A stretch of DNA of 63,952 bases, counting the filler, from Bacteroidales bacterium (lineage in GTDB: Bacteria; Bacteroidota; Bacteroidia; Bacteroidales; CAIWKO01), in NCBI GenBank assembly GCA_035389045.1. It is 3 parts of 3 records of this genome, joined end to end, with 100 filler letters (N's around TTAATTAATTAA, not from the genome) between each part and the next. Parts side by side here need not be neighbours in the genome. Positions count along the whole stretch, not along the records: positions 1 to 24,460 come from DAOORA010000068.1; 2 more parts are not named here. One strand, written 5' to 3'. Below the pieces are notes generated by a model, which saw nothing but the letters and a program-made list of their open reading frames with translations, was not told the DNA's origin and ran no database searches. Numbering within the stretch: the stretch's first letter is position 1; each line of letters starts with the position of its first letter. A program made the translations under genes and the position numbers. Of the stretch, positions 10,713 through 20,441 are shown one piece after another.

Positions 10713-11420
10713 ATGAAGTTATCAAGAAATTTTACGAATGGATTTAATTGGTTCTTAGACAATATGGTGCCACCTTTTATAAGGGATTCAAAGATATGTA
10801 TCAAACCATTATTTTGGTTGCTTTTCGGCAAAAAAGCAAGATTTTTTCTGGATTTTAAGAATAAAGCGGTGTCCCTCAGCGAAGAGCAACTATTTGAATA
10901 TTATAAATTTCTTGCGGATGTTCATCTGAAACGCGACACAGACCTAAATAAAGAATCCATTAACTATATTCTGGAAAATATTACCGGAGATACCGTGCTG
11001 GATATTGCTTCGGGCAGAGGATACCTGGCGAAACGGATTGCAGAAAAATACCATGCCAAGGTTACCGGTATTGATTTTTTGGTCAATGATGATTTAAAAA
11101 CTTCAGTAAACCCTGTTTTTCTTGAAGGCAGCATTGAGAAGATACCTTTTCCTGACAAGCATTTTGATACGGTGATTTGTGCGCATACCCTGGAACATGT
11201 TATAAATATTCAGCATGCTATCGCCGAATTAAGAAGGGTATGCAATAGCCGGCTGATCGTTGTGTTGCCCAGACAACGTGAATACTTGTACACTTTTGAC
11301 CTGCACGTGCATTTTTTCCCCTATGAGCATGCTGTGCTGAATGTATTTAAAAACCCGGATGGTCATTGTTTTTCCATCCATAACGATTGGGTTTATGTGG
11401 AGGATTTTCAGCTTCTGTGA
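10713..11420 (+). CDS. class I SAM-dependent methyltransferase
   Basis: VLDIASGRG motif I; IPFPDKHFDTVICAHTLEHV. Confidence 0.9.
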   Translation: MKLSRNFTNGFNWFLDNMVPPFIRDSKICIKPLFWLLFGKKARFFLDFKNKAVSLSEEQLFEYYKFLADVHLKRDTDLNKESINYILENITGDTVLDIASGRGYLAKRIAEKYHAKVTGIDFLVNDDLKTSVNPVFLEGSIEKIPFPDKHFDTVICAHTLEHVINIQHAIAELRRVCNSRLIVVLPRQREYLYTFDLHVHFFPYEHAVLNVFKNPDGHCFSIHNDWVYVEDFQLL

Positions 11421-11488
11421 ACGCCACGGAGCATTAATTTTTCTGATAAGTCAAAATATTTTTATTGATAAACATATAAATAAAGTTT

Positions 11489-12904
11489 ATGGAATTGTAT
11501 AAGTTGTATCTGGCAGGAAATTTTGTTGAAACAATAAACAAAATACAAATATCCAATTCTTATAGCGGAGCATGTTTTGCTAATGTTTCGCTGGCTTCGG
11601 AAACCGAACTGGAACAGGCAATAGTGGCGGCTCAAAAAGTTGAGAAAACGCTGGCTAACCTGCCGTCGTACAAGCGTTACGAAATACTGATGGCTGTTGC
11701 CGGGTTTTTAAGTTCGGAAAAAAACAGGCTGGCTCATGTACTCAGTATGGAAGCCTGCAAACCCTTGAAACTGGCTGTGGGAGAGGTAGAAAGAGCTATT
11801 CAGGTTTTTATTGTTGCTGCCGAGGAAGCAAAACGCTTGCCGAAGGAATATTTAAGCCTTGACTGGACTTCCGCGGGACAGGGCAGGGACGGCCTGGTGA
11901 AATACTTTCCGGTGGGCCTGGTGGCCGGTATATCACCCTTTAATTTTCCACTGAACCTTGCTGTGCATAAAATCGCACCTGCCATTGCGGCCGGTTGTCC
12001 GATTATACTGAAACCGTCATCTTCCACACCGCTTTCCACCCTTGAACTGGCTAAACTTATAGACACCACTGACCTGCCGAAGGGTGCCCTGTCGGTATTG
12101 CCCATGGACCGGAAAACAGGAAACTTATTAGTCACTGACGAACGTTTTAAACTCTTAACCTTTACGGGCTCTCCGGATGTGGGCTGGAAAATGAAAAGCG
12201 ATGCCGGCAAGAAAAAAGTGGTGCTCGAACTGGGAGGAAATGCAGGAGTCATTGTCTCCGAAACAGCTCATCCTGAAAAAGCTGTTGCCCAATGTGTCGC
12301 GGGGGGCTTTGCTTATGCCGGTCAGGTTTGCATCCACACGCAAAGAATTTATGTGCATAAAAATATATTCAAGGAGTTTTCAGACCAGTTTGTCGAAAAA
12401 GTAAAACTTTTAAAATCCGGACCTTCAGAAGACCCGGATACGGATATTTCGGCAATGATAGACGAGACGAATGCAAAGCGCGTTGAAACATGGGTAAATG
12501 ATGCTGTGGCCGGAGGGGCAAGGCTACTGTGCGGAGGTAAACGTCAAGGCAACTTTTTTGAGCCCACCGTCTTAACTTCGGTAAAAAACACCATGAATGT
12601 TTGCTGCTGCGAGATCTTCGGGCCTGTGGTAGTGCTTGAACCCTATGAGGATTTTGAAAAAGCCGTTGAAGAAGTGAACCACAGTCGTTATGGCTTACAG
12701 GCAGGGGTTTTCACTGACCGGATATCCGAGATGGATTATGCTTTTAATAACCTGGAGGTCGGCAGCGTAATCATTAATGATGTTCCGACATTCAGGACAG
12801 ATCACATGCCTTATGGCGGGATAAAGGATTCCGGTTTGGGCAGGGAAGGCGTGAAATATGCCATACATGATATGATGGAGCCGCGGCTGATGGTGAAAGG
12901 GTGA
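11489..12904 (+). CDS. aldehyde dehydrogenase family protein
   Basis: ISPFNFPL, FTGS, LELGGN, catalytic GQVC, EIFGP. Confidence 0.95.
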   Translation: MELYKLYLAGNFVETINKIQISNSYSGACFANVSLASETELEQAIVAAQKVEKTLANLPSYKRYEILMAVAGFLSSEKNRLAHVLSMEACKPLKLAVGEVERAIQVFIVAAEEAKRLPKEYLSLDWTSAGQGRDGLVKYFPVGLVAGISPFNFPLNLAVHKIAPAIAAGCPIILKPSSSTPLSTLELAKLIDTTDLPKGALSVLPMDRKTGNLLVTDERFKLLTFTGSPDVGWKMKSDAGKKKVVLELGGNAGVIVSETAHPEKAVAQCVAGGFAYAGQVCIHTQRIYVHKNIFKEFSDQFVEKVKLLKSGPSEDPDTDISAMIDETNAKRVETWVNDAVAGGARLLCGGKRQGNFFEPTVLTSVKNTMNVCCCEIFGPVVVLEPYEDFEKAVEEVNHSRYGLQAGVFTDRISEMDYAFNNLEVGSVIINDVPTFRTDHMPYGGIKDSGLGREGVKYAIHDMMEPRLMVKG

Positions 12905-12988
12905 ACATAAAATATTTCTGAAACAGTTTTTGTTTTTATAGGATTTTGTCTGCTTGTTTTAGCACTGAAAAACAACGCTACTGAGTTT

Positions 12989-13056
12989 TTTTCAATAAAA
13001 ATATGAAGTTATTGATTTTTGAAATGTAAGCTGCCTTTTCCTATAAGTGTTAAAAA
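12989..13056. repeat. direct repeat, left copy (partner 15003-15070)
   Basis: Identical 28-bp core GTTATTGATTTTTGAAATGTAAGCTGCC at 13008 and 15022 with similar flanks. Confidence 0.85.
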
Positions 13057-13146
13057 CACTGTGGTTAGATAAATTTGTTGTGAGCGCAAAAGGCACACTT
13101 TTTTGTTTTTTACACTAAATTACTTATATTTGTAAAAAAGCGAGTT

Positions 13147-14265
13147 ATGAAAAAGGTATACATATTGACAATGTTAATGTTTTCAATCGGATTTACAAAG
13201 GCTAATCCAATTACACCCCCTCCAATAATAAGCGAGTTATATATTATTAACGATTCAACATGGTTTCTTGAAATAGTTTTTCCGCAAGGGTCTCCCTTCT
13301 CAAATTATACCAATCTTGATGGATTCCGGATCACAACTTCAACGGGCACCTCTTATTTAAAAAACGGTATCCATGTTATCCATGATAGTATTATCGTGAT
13401 AACTCAGGATAGCTTACAAAGCCCATTACAAATATTCAGAAATGGAGATTTTATATTAATCAAAAACCCGGACGGGTTTCAATTGGATCAGTTATATTTC
13501 GGCAATATTTCAGGCACACAGATAGTTGCTCCGTTATTTGGGCAATCCATAGTCAACCTGGCACATCCATGTTGGGACACTTATTTGGGTCAGCCGGGTA
13601 CAGTTTACAAATTAGTAAAAGATAATAATCCAACAATCGGATATAGTCCTTTTCAGCCATCTTCCGCAATGGGGATTTTCACAGGAGTTGTTTATGACAG
13701 CGGGCATCAACCTGTTGCCGGGATAAAGATAGGAAACAGTCACTACATTGATCTTGCACCCACGACTATATGCGCCAATTTTTATTATTTTACTTTAACT
13801 GATTCGTCCGGTAGTTTTACATCTCAAGAATACAGTGGCAGCCGCCTTGTTGAACTTTTCTTTCAATCTTCATCAGTCTTAGCCGATTCAATAATAAACA
13901 TTGAACCCGACTCAATAAATTACTATGAATTTACTATTGACACACTTTTGACCGGAATTCATCAAAACTCTTTTCAAACAGGTATTACCTTATTATGCGC
14001 CCCTAACCCTTCAACCGGCGAAACATCTATTTCATTTTCGATACCAGCAGGCATACATTATACAAAAGCAATAATTAAAATATATGATTCAAACGGCGAA
14101 ATGGTTCGTATTTTACCTGTAAATACAAGTAATTCCCAAAACAACTATTCTATAAAATGGGATGGTTTATGCAACAATAATTATACGGCATCCGGAACTT
14201 ATTACTGTAATCTCGAATTAGACGGACGAAAATTTGCTACCAATAAAATCCTTATTATTAAGTGA
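13147..14265 (+). CDS. secreted protein with T9SS type A / FlgD-like C-terminal domain
   Basis: Signal peptide; CAPNPS...IKIYDSNGEMVR...WDG...SGTYY...KILIIK; TATATTTG promoter at 13125. Confidence 0.8.
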   Translation: MKKVYILTMLMFSIGFTKANPITPPPIISELYIINDSTWFLEIVFPQGSPFSNYTNLDGFRITTSTGTSYLKNGIHVIHDSIIVITQDSLQSPLQIFRNGDFILIKNPDGFQLDQLYFGNISGTQIVAPLFGQSIVNLAHPCWDTYLGQPGTVYKLVKDNNPTIGYSPFQPSSAMGIFTGVVYDSGHQPVAGIKIGNSHYIDLAPTTICANFYYFTLTDSSGSFTSQEYSGSRLVELFFQSSSVLADSIINIEPDSINYYEFTIDTLLTGIHQNSFQTGITLLCAPNPSTGETSISFSIPAGIHYTKAIIKIYDSNGEMVRILPVNTSNSQNNYSIKWDGLCNNNYTASGTYYCNLELDGRKFATNKILIIK

Positions 14266-14837
14266 AATTCATTACCACATCTGTTTTTTTCAGCTTATTA
14301 CTTTTTACCAATATTGTGCGTTCTCAATACCTGCAATTTTACCGTGAAGACTTGACCTTTGAAATAAAGGACGGATTTTTCTATGTTAATGGTATCTATA
14401 ATTTTTGTAACAACGGAGACAAAGAAATACAACAGGTTTTGTTATATCCATTTCCTATTGATAGTATTTATGGTGGGGTAGATTCGATTAATGCAATTGA
14501 CGTAAATGCAAAATCTCAAAATATTATTTTTAATATTACAGAAAAAGGATTTTTATTCAAAATATGGCTTAACCCATATGGAATCGGTAAATATAAAATT
14601 TCTTACCGGCAAAAATTATTGAAAAATAAGGCAGAATATATTTTAGTAACAACTCAAAAATGGGGCAAGCCATTTGAAAGTTCCAATTACAAGTTAATAA
14701 TCTCTGATAACATGAGAATTACATACACCTCATATATCCCGGATAGCACAAAGCAAATAAATGACAAGGAGATTTATTATTGGAGTAAAAAAGATTTTAT
14801 GCCAGATAAAAATATGATATTTTATTTTGACAGATAG
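14262..14837 (+). CDS. exported hypothetical protein (DUF4424-like)
   Basis: Signal peptide; AEYILVTTQKWGKP motif; GTGA overlap with the upstream stop. Confidence 0.65.
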   Translation: MKFITTSVFFSLLLFTNIVRSQYLQFYREDLTFEIKDGFFYVNGIYNFCNNGDKEIQQVLLYPFPIDSIYGGVDSINAIDVNAKSQNIIFNITEKGFLFKIWLNPYGIGKYKISYRQKLLKNKAEYILVTTQKWGKPFESSNYKLIISDNMRITYTSYIPDSTKQINDKEIYYWSKKDFMPDKNMIFYFDR

Positions 14838-15002
14838 ATTATCTCAGTAAAGGGATCGCGTTAATTTTCTGTAATATAGAAATACCAGGTTATTAGAAGT
14901 TTAGTAAAACTTGAGTTAATGGACAAAATTAATGGTCAAAACTCTGCAAACACATACAACGTATTACCTTTGGAGCAAATCAATGGTTGTAAATAATAAA
15001 AC

Positions 15003-15070
15003 TTTTCAATAAAAATTCGATGTTATTGATTTTTGAAATGTAAGCTGCCATTTCCTTAAAGTATTTAAAA
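15003..15070. repeat. direct repeat, right copy (partner 12989-13056)
   Basis: See left copy. Confidence 0.85.
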
Positions 15071-15132
15071 TCCTTATTCTGTGTTCATAATTTGGGTTTC
15101 ATATCCACCAGGGAGCACTTCCTTCTTTCTTT

Positions 15133-15222
15133 TGCCTACTGCCTGCTGCCTCTGCGGATGGCTATTGACTATTGGCTCCGCCGTGGCGGATGGCTAATGG
15201 CTAATGGCTATTGACTACTGTC
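15133..15222. repeat. degenerate heptamer tandem repeat (TGGCTAA/TGACTAT/TGCCTAC) with embedded TCCGCC-GT-GGCGGA hairpin
   Basis: Visible 7-bp periodicity just downstream of polA. Confidence 0.7.
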
Positions 15223-15232
15223 TCTTCCCTTA

Positions 15233-18025
15233 TCAATGTGCTTCCAGCCAGTTCATTCCCGAACTCATTTCAATTTCCAGCGGTACGCTCAAAGGATAAG
15301 CATTTTTCATCTGTTCGGCGATTATTACCGAAACGGCATCCATTTCGGGGCGGTACACATCAAAAACCAATTCGTCGTGAACCTGCATGATCATGCGGCT
15401 ACGTAAGGAGTTTTCTGATAATTCTCTAAAAATGTTTATCATGGCAATTTTTATGATATCCGCTGCCGAACCTTGTATCGGGGCATTGATGGCGTTGCGT
15501 TCGGCATAACCTCTTACGACGGCGTTGGCTGAATTGATGTCGCGCAGGTATCTCCTGCGGCCCAGCAACGTTTCCACAAAACCCTTACGGCGTGCCGATG
15601 CAATGGTGTTTTCCATATATTTCTTTATGGCCGGATACTTCAGGAAATACTGTTCAATGATGTCGGCAGCTTCTTTGCGCGGAATGTTGAGCCGTTCTGA
15701 TAATCCGAAAGCGGAAATACCATAAATGATACCGAAGTTAACCATTTTGGCATTGCGGCGTTGTTCTTTGGTAACATCAGCCAAAGCAACATTATACACC
15801 TTGGCTGCCGTGGCGACATGAATATCATGGCCTTTGAAAAAATCTTCCATCATATTACTTTCGTTGCTGATAGCCGCAATGATACGCAATTCTATCTGTG
15901 AATAATCTGCAGAGATTAATATATGATCTTCGTTGCGGGGAACAAAAGCTTTGCGGATTTCGCGGCCTCTTTCGGTCCGGACAGGGATGTTCTGAAGGTT
16001 TGGGTTGTTGGAACTCAGGCGTCCGGTTGCTGCCACAGCCTGGTTGTACGAGGTGTGTACGCGGCCTGTTCGCTGGTTGATAAGTTCCGGCAAGGTATCA
16101 ACATAAGTGGATTTTAGTTTTGTGAGCGAACGGTAATCCAGAATTTTTTGTATCACCGGGTGTTTATTGACGAGTTTTATCAAGACATCTTCAGCAGTAG
16201 AAAACTGTTTGGTTGCCGTTTTCTTTGGATTTTCAATGATTTTCATGTGGCCGTATATCACATCGCCCAACTGTTTTGGCGAATCAATATTAAACTCCAC
16301 TCCTGCAAGTTCAAATATTTCTTTTTTTAGTAGCTGAATTTCCTGAAACAGTTGCCCCGAATAGTCGTTCAGCGCTTTTTTGTCGAGTTTCACGCCTTCG
16401 GTTTCCATGGATGCCAGTACCGGGATAAGGGGCACTTCAACATTATAAAACAGTGCAGTGGCATTGACTTCTTTCAACAAAGGTTCAAACTTTTCTTTGA
16501 GCTGAAACGTGATATCGGCATCTTCAGCAGCATATTCTTTTATTTCCTCTGCCGGTACCAGCGCCATCGAAAGTTGATTTTTTCCTTTTTTTCCGATCAG
16601 TTCTTCGATATGGACGGGTTCATAATTAAGATACGACAGGGCAAGATAGTCCATGTTATGCCGCATATCCGGCTCTATCAGGTAATGCGCCAGCATGGTG
16701 TCGAACAAAGGGCCTTTGACGTCTACATCGTACCATTTGAGCATTTCCATGTCGAATTTTAAGTTTTGTCCGATTTTTAGTGTTTCCGGATTTTCAAAAA
16801 CGGATTTGAACTCATGTACAATTTCATAAGCAGCATGATATTCATGAGGAAGTAATACGTAGTAGGCCTTACGGGCTTCCATGCAAAAAGAAATCCCCAC
16901 CAATTCAGCCGTATTCGGGTCTATTCCGGTGGTTTCTGTGTCGAAACAGAATTCTTTACAGTGATCGAGCAGGGCTATCAGAGCTTTTCTCTTAGCCGGA
17001 TGATCCACTAAAACATATTCGTGTGGGGTGTTACCTATATTTTTTACGGTGTTTTCTGCTATGGGCTCATTATCCTGCAGGATTTCCCCGAAGAGGTCCG
17101 GCTGAGCGTTTTGTTTTTTCTGAGCCTCAGCCTGTTTTTGGAGGGAGATGTCGGTGAACACTCTTTTAGCAAATGTTCTCATTTCCAGTTCTTCAAAAAG
17201 TTCTTTCAGGGCTTGCTCGTCGGGCGATTCCATCACAAGCCTGCGTTCCTCGAAAGCAATGGGAACATTGAGGATGATGGTGGCCAGGGCTTTGGATTGT
17301 ACGGCAAGTTCGCGGCCTTCTATCACTTTTTGTTTTATTTTTTCAGGCAGGATATCTATATTTTTCAGAATATTCTCCAACGACCCGAATTCGCTGATAA
17401 GTTTGCGTGCGCCAACCTCTCCAATGCCTGCAATTCCGGGAATATTGTCGGAGGCGTCGCCCCAGATGCCGAGCATGTCGATCACCTGTTCCGGTTTTTG
17501 TATGCCAAATTTTTCGCAAACTTCCTTTGGCCCCATGATGGAAGGCTTATCACCAAAGCGGGCCGGTTTATATATCAGCACCTTTTCGCTGACTAATTGT
17601 CCGAAATCTTTATCCGGAGTGACCATATAAACAGTATACCCTGACTTTTCAGCTTCTTTAGCCAGTGTTCCGATCACATCGTCGGCTTCGTAGCCATCCA
17701 CATACAGTGCGGGAATTCTGAAGCCGTCTATAAGTCTTTTAATATAAGGGATAGAAGCAATCAAATCTTCCGGCGTTTCCTGGCGGTTGGCCTTGTATTC
17801 AATGAAATCTTCATGCCTTACCGTCGGCGCCATCGTGTCAAAAGCCACCCCTATGTGCGAAGGTTTTTCTTCTTTCAGTAGTTTATACAAGATGTTGGCA
17901 AAGCCATACACCGCAGAAGTATTGACACCTTTGGAATTGATGAGCGGACGATCGCGGTAAGCATAGAACGCCTGGTAGATAAGCGCCATGGCATCGAGGA
18001 GGTAGAGTTTTTTTTCTGAGGACAT
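15233..18025 (-). CDS. polA: DNA polymerase I
   Basis: 5'-3' exonuclease (YEADDVIGT), 3'-5' exonuclease FDTETT, polymerase motifs ADYSQIELR, KMVNFGIIYG, QVHDELVF. Confidence 0.99.
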   Translation of the reverse strand: MSSEKKLYLLDAMALIYQAFYAYRDRPLINSKGVNTSAVYGFANILYKLLKEEKPSHIGVAFDTMAPTVRHEDFIEYKANRQETPEDLIASIPYIKRLIDGFRIPALYVDGYEADDVIGTLAKEAEKSGYTVYMVTPDKDFGQLVSEKVLIYKPARFGDKPSIMGPKEVCEKFGIQKPEQVIDMLGIWGDASDNIPGIAGIGEVGARKLISEFGSLENILKNIDILPEKIKQKVIEGRELAVQSKALATIILNVPIAFEERRLVMESPDEQALKELFEELEMRTFAKRVFTDISLQKQAEAQKKQNAQPDLFGEILQDNEPIAENTVKNIGNTPHEYVLVDHPAKRKALIALLDHCKEFCFDTETTGIDPNTAELVGISFCMEARKAYYVLLPHEYHAAYEIVHEFKSVFENPETLKIGQNLKFDMEMLKWYDVDVKGPLFDTMLAHYLIEPDMRHNMDYLALSYLNYEPVHIEELIGKKGKNQLSMALVPAEEIKEYAAEDADITFQLKEKFEPLLKEVNATALFYNVEVPLIPVLASMETEGVKLDKKALNDYSGQLFQEIQLLKKEIFELAGVEFNIDSPKQLGDVIYGHMKIIENPKKTATKQFSTAEDVLIKLVNKHPVIQKILDYRSLTKLKSTYVDTLPELINQRTGRVHTSYNQAVAATGRLSSNNPNLQNIPVRTERGREIRKAFVPRNEDHILISADYSQIELRIIAAISNESNMMEDFFKGHDIHVATAAKVYNVALADVTKEQRRNAKMVNFGIIYGISAFGLSERLNIPRKEAADIIEQYFLKYPAIKKYMENTIASARRKGFVETLLGRRRYLRDINSANAVVRGYAERNAINAPIQGSAADIIKIAMINIFRELSENSLRSRMIMQVHDELVFDVYRPEMDAVSVIIAEQMKNAYPLSVPLEIEMSSGMNWLEAH

Positions 18026-18089
18026 GGAAGAATTATTTGGGGTAAAGGTAAGGAAAAAGTTTGGGAGGGTGGAGGGGGGAGGAGGATTT

Positions 18090-18177
18090 TTAGGCTGTTA
18101 GGCTGTTAGGCTGTTTGACTGTTAGACTGTTAGACTGTTAGACTGTTAGGCTGTTAGGCTGTTAGGCTGTTAGACTG
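18090..18177. repeat. 8-bp tandem repeat TTAG(G/A)CTG x11
   Basis: Eleven consecutive units counted upstream of polA (one is TTTGACTG). Confidence 0.95.
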
Positions 18178-18311
18178 GTTATCTGAGTCGCCTGCGGACA
18201 ATTTCTATTTATTTGCAGCTATGAGCTTACTCGGATCGTATAAAATCGAAACGCATGAAGGTGCTGTCAGCAATTTGGCTCTATACCGAAAAGACATGAT
18301 AAATCTGGCCT

Positions 18312-18884
18312 CTATTCATTTAATTCTTCCAGCAACAACCTGGCATCTTTCCATATAGGCCTTGAGCGTTTGCGCCAGATCAGATAGCTAATAAACCCAG
18401 CGGCCAGCATTATTCCCCAGTATACGCCCTGTATGGCTATTACTTTTTCAAAGGGATCTACCTGCCATTGGGCCAGCCTTTCAAAATATGTTATGGTGAA
18501 CCCAAAACTGATAATGGCAACAATTATCAATGCCGGAATCCACCGTGTACTGAAAAAACGGTAACGTTTTTCTGTTTTTTTAAGCAGAGTGGCCATCGGA
18601 AGCGAATAATCCACCTTTTTGTATATGCGGTATTCCCAGACGAAGTAGAAAGTTCCTATTATAAAGGCAATAACAAAGCTGAGACCTGCTATACGGTGTG
18701 TCTGTGTCAGTGCGGGATCCGGGTTAATAATAAAAAGAAATGTATACAAAACCGAACAGATGAGGTATAAGAAAAACATGCCTTTCATAATTTTCTTATT
18801 GCGCTTGTCTTCCTTACGCATTCTTTCGATCAGGTTTTCTGTGTCAACCGGTATTGAAGGCGTTATCGTATTGTTATTTTTCAT
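18312..18884 (-). CDS. four-TM membrane protein, putative anti-sigma partner
   Basis: Four hydrophobic helices; start overlaps the 3' end of the ECF sigma gene. Confidence 0.65.
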   Translation of the reverse strand: MKNNNTITPSIPVDTENLIERMRKEDKRNKKIMKGMFFLYLICSVLYTFLFIINPDPALTQTHRIAGLSFVIAFIIGTFYFVWEYRIYKKVDYSLPMATLLKKTEKRYRFFSTRWIPALIIVAIISFGFTITYFERLAQWQVDPFEKVIAIQGVYWGIMLAAGFISYLIWRKRSRPIWKDARLLLEELNE

Positions 18885-19395
18885 GGTTTCCTCCTTTGAT
18901 TTTCAGCCGCAGCTCTTCACGTATACGTGTGAGTTTGGTGCGCACATTGGGTTCTGTTATTCCGATTATGTCAGCTATCTCGCGGGTGGATAATTTCTCA
19001 ATAGAGAGTGTAATCAGAAGTTTGTCGATGACATTAAGTTGATTAATCGTTTCGTGTATCGTGTCAAGTTTGTTTTCTTTTTCAATTTTCTCGGTTTTCG
19101 TATCATCTTCCAGTAAAACTCCGAAATGCTGTTGGGTTAAGGTCAGGTTAAACTGCGACCTTTTATTTTCTTTCATGATGTAGTTCAGGGAAGTATTCAC
19201 GGCGATCCGGTATATCCAGGTGCTCAGTGCGGCGTCGCCTCTGAAACTGTCGAGACTTCGCCAGACATTGATGAGCACTTCCTGCTGCAGGTCTTGTGTG
19301 TCTTCATCCGTGCGGGAATAATGCCGGCAAATATTCCAGATGCGCTGCTGTTGTTCTTCCACTATTTTTCGAAACTTTTCTTCTTTCGGGTTCAT
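18874..19395 (-). CDS. ECF RNA polymerase sigma-70 factor
   Basis: DLQQEVLINVWRS, LSTWIYRIAVNT (region 2); EIADIIGITEPNVRTKLTR (region 4). Confidence 0.95.
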   Translation of the reverse strand: MNPKEEKFRKIVEEQQQRIWNICRHYSRTDEDTQDLQQEVLINVWRSLDSFRGDAALSTWIYRIAVNTSLNYIMKENKRSQFNLTLTQQHFGVLLEDDTKTEKIEKENKLDTIHETINQLNVIDKLLITLSIEKLSTREIADIIGITEPNVRTKLTRIREELRLKIKGGNHEK

Positions 19396-19498
19396 CGTGG
19401 CTCAGAGTTTGGTCTTTGGATGGTTCATTTCAGAAAATGTTACAATTTTAACAATATTGTTTGTAATAGTAACTTGAATAATTCATAAACGCATAGAA

Positions 19499-19612
19499 CT
19501 TTTGTGTTAACCCTGCCTATGCGTCAGGCATGCTTTGTGATCGTATGTGGATGTTATTTTTTAACACAAAGTCGCACAAAGTAAAACACAAAGTAACACA
19601 AAGTAAGACAAA
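19499..19612. repeat. inverted CTTTGTG / CACAAAGT short-repeat element
   Basis: TTTGTGTTAA (19501) pairs with TTAACACAAA (19561); CACAAAGT occurs four times; CCTGCCT...CAGGCA insert. Confidence 0.6.
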
Positions 19613-19729
19613 TAGTGAAAACAATATATGAATAAAACAGTGTAAATATATACAAATTAACAATATTTTTTTAGAAAAATCGTTCAAATGATATATTTTC
19701 TTTAAATTCGTATATAAAAATTATGAGCT

Positions 19730-20155
19730 ATGAAACATTTATTCAGATTTCCTTTGATTTTAGCTGTCGTAATCTCTTTTATTATGGCGGGTTGCAAAAA
19801 ATATGAAGACGGTGATACCTTTTCATTGTTGTGCAAAACGTATATAGTGAACGACTGGAAAATTGAAAAAAGATTCCATGTTAATACGAATCTTGACATT
19901 ACTCCAACGAACAACTACTGGATTGAATTTAAGCCGAATTATAAGTTTTCGGAACATCAGGCAGATACCGTTTCTTCAGAGGGTACATGGGCGCTGGATG
20001 GAAAAAAAGAACAGTTTATATTGATACCGGATCAATATTATATGGGTATGGCACAAATTGGTGTGGTTTATACGATCATCAGGCTTGAAAACAAAAGGTT
20101 TCGGATACAGTCCAATTCAACCGATCCCATTGAAACTCATTATATTCCCAAATAA
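19730..20155 (+). CDS. lipocalin-like lipoprotein
   Basis: Lipobox MAGC followed by KKYEDG; EGTWAL motif. Confidence 0.75.
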   Translation: MKHLFRFPLILAVVISFIMAGCKKYEDGDTFSLLCKTYIVNDWKIEKRFHVNTNLDITPTNNYWIEFKPNYKFSEHQADTVSSEGTWALDGKKEQFILIPDQYYMGMAQIGVVYTIIRLENKRFRIQSNSTDPIETHYIPK

Positions 20156-20213
20156 TAAGCAGATACTACAAAGTCGTTGCAGGTAGTTGTACCCGAACGC
20201 CCTTTTGGCAGTT

Positions 20214-20315
20214 TTGTGTGTCTTCATCCGAAAGGGAATAATGACGGCAAATGTTTCAGATACGCTGCTGTTGTACTTCCACTATCTTTCGGAATTTATC
20301 TTTTTTAAAGTTCAT
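20214..20315 (-). pseudogene. degenerate duplicate of the first 34 codons of the ECF sigma gene
   Basis: Translates MNFKKDKFRKIVEVQQQRI*NICRHYSLSDEDTQ versus MNPKEEKFRKIVEEQQQRIWNICRHYSRTDEDTQ; 16 mismatches in 102 nt by hand count. Confidence 0.9.
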
Positions 20316-20441
20316 CGGGTGTATGTTTGGCCCTTTGATAATTTTGAGGAAAATGTCACAATTTTTTTTAGTTGACAAATTTGAAATTATAAGCTAATAC
20401 CATGGCATACAAATGAACATTTTAACCTTAAAAAAATTCAT

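Noticed and set aside
18090..18177. Possible CRISPR array
   Set aside because: Contiguous 8-bp units with no spacers and no cas genes.
18221..18358. Short + strand ORF (MSLLGSYKIETHEG...) between polA and the membrane protein
   Set aside because: About 45 codons, overlaps the convergent gene and has no recognisable motif.
19294..20315. Possible diversity-generating retroelement template/variable repeat pair
   Set aside because: Mismatches are not confined to adenines, the repeat is at a gene's 5' end, and no reverse transcriptase is present.
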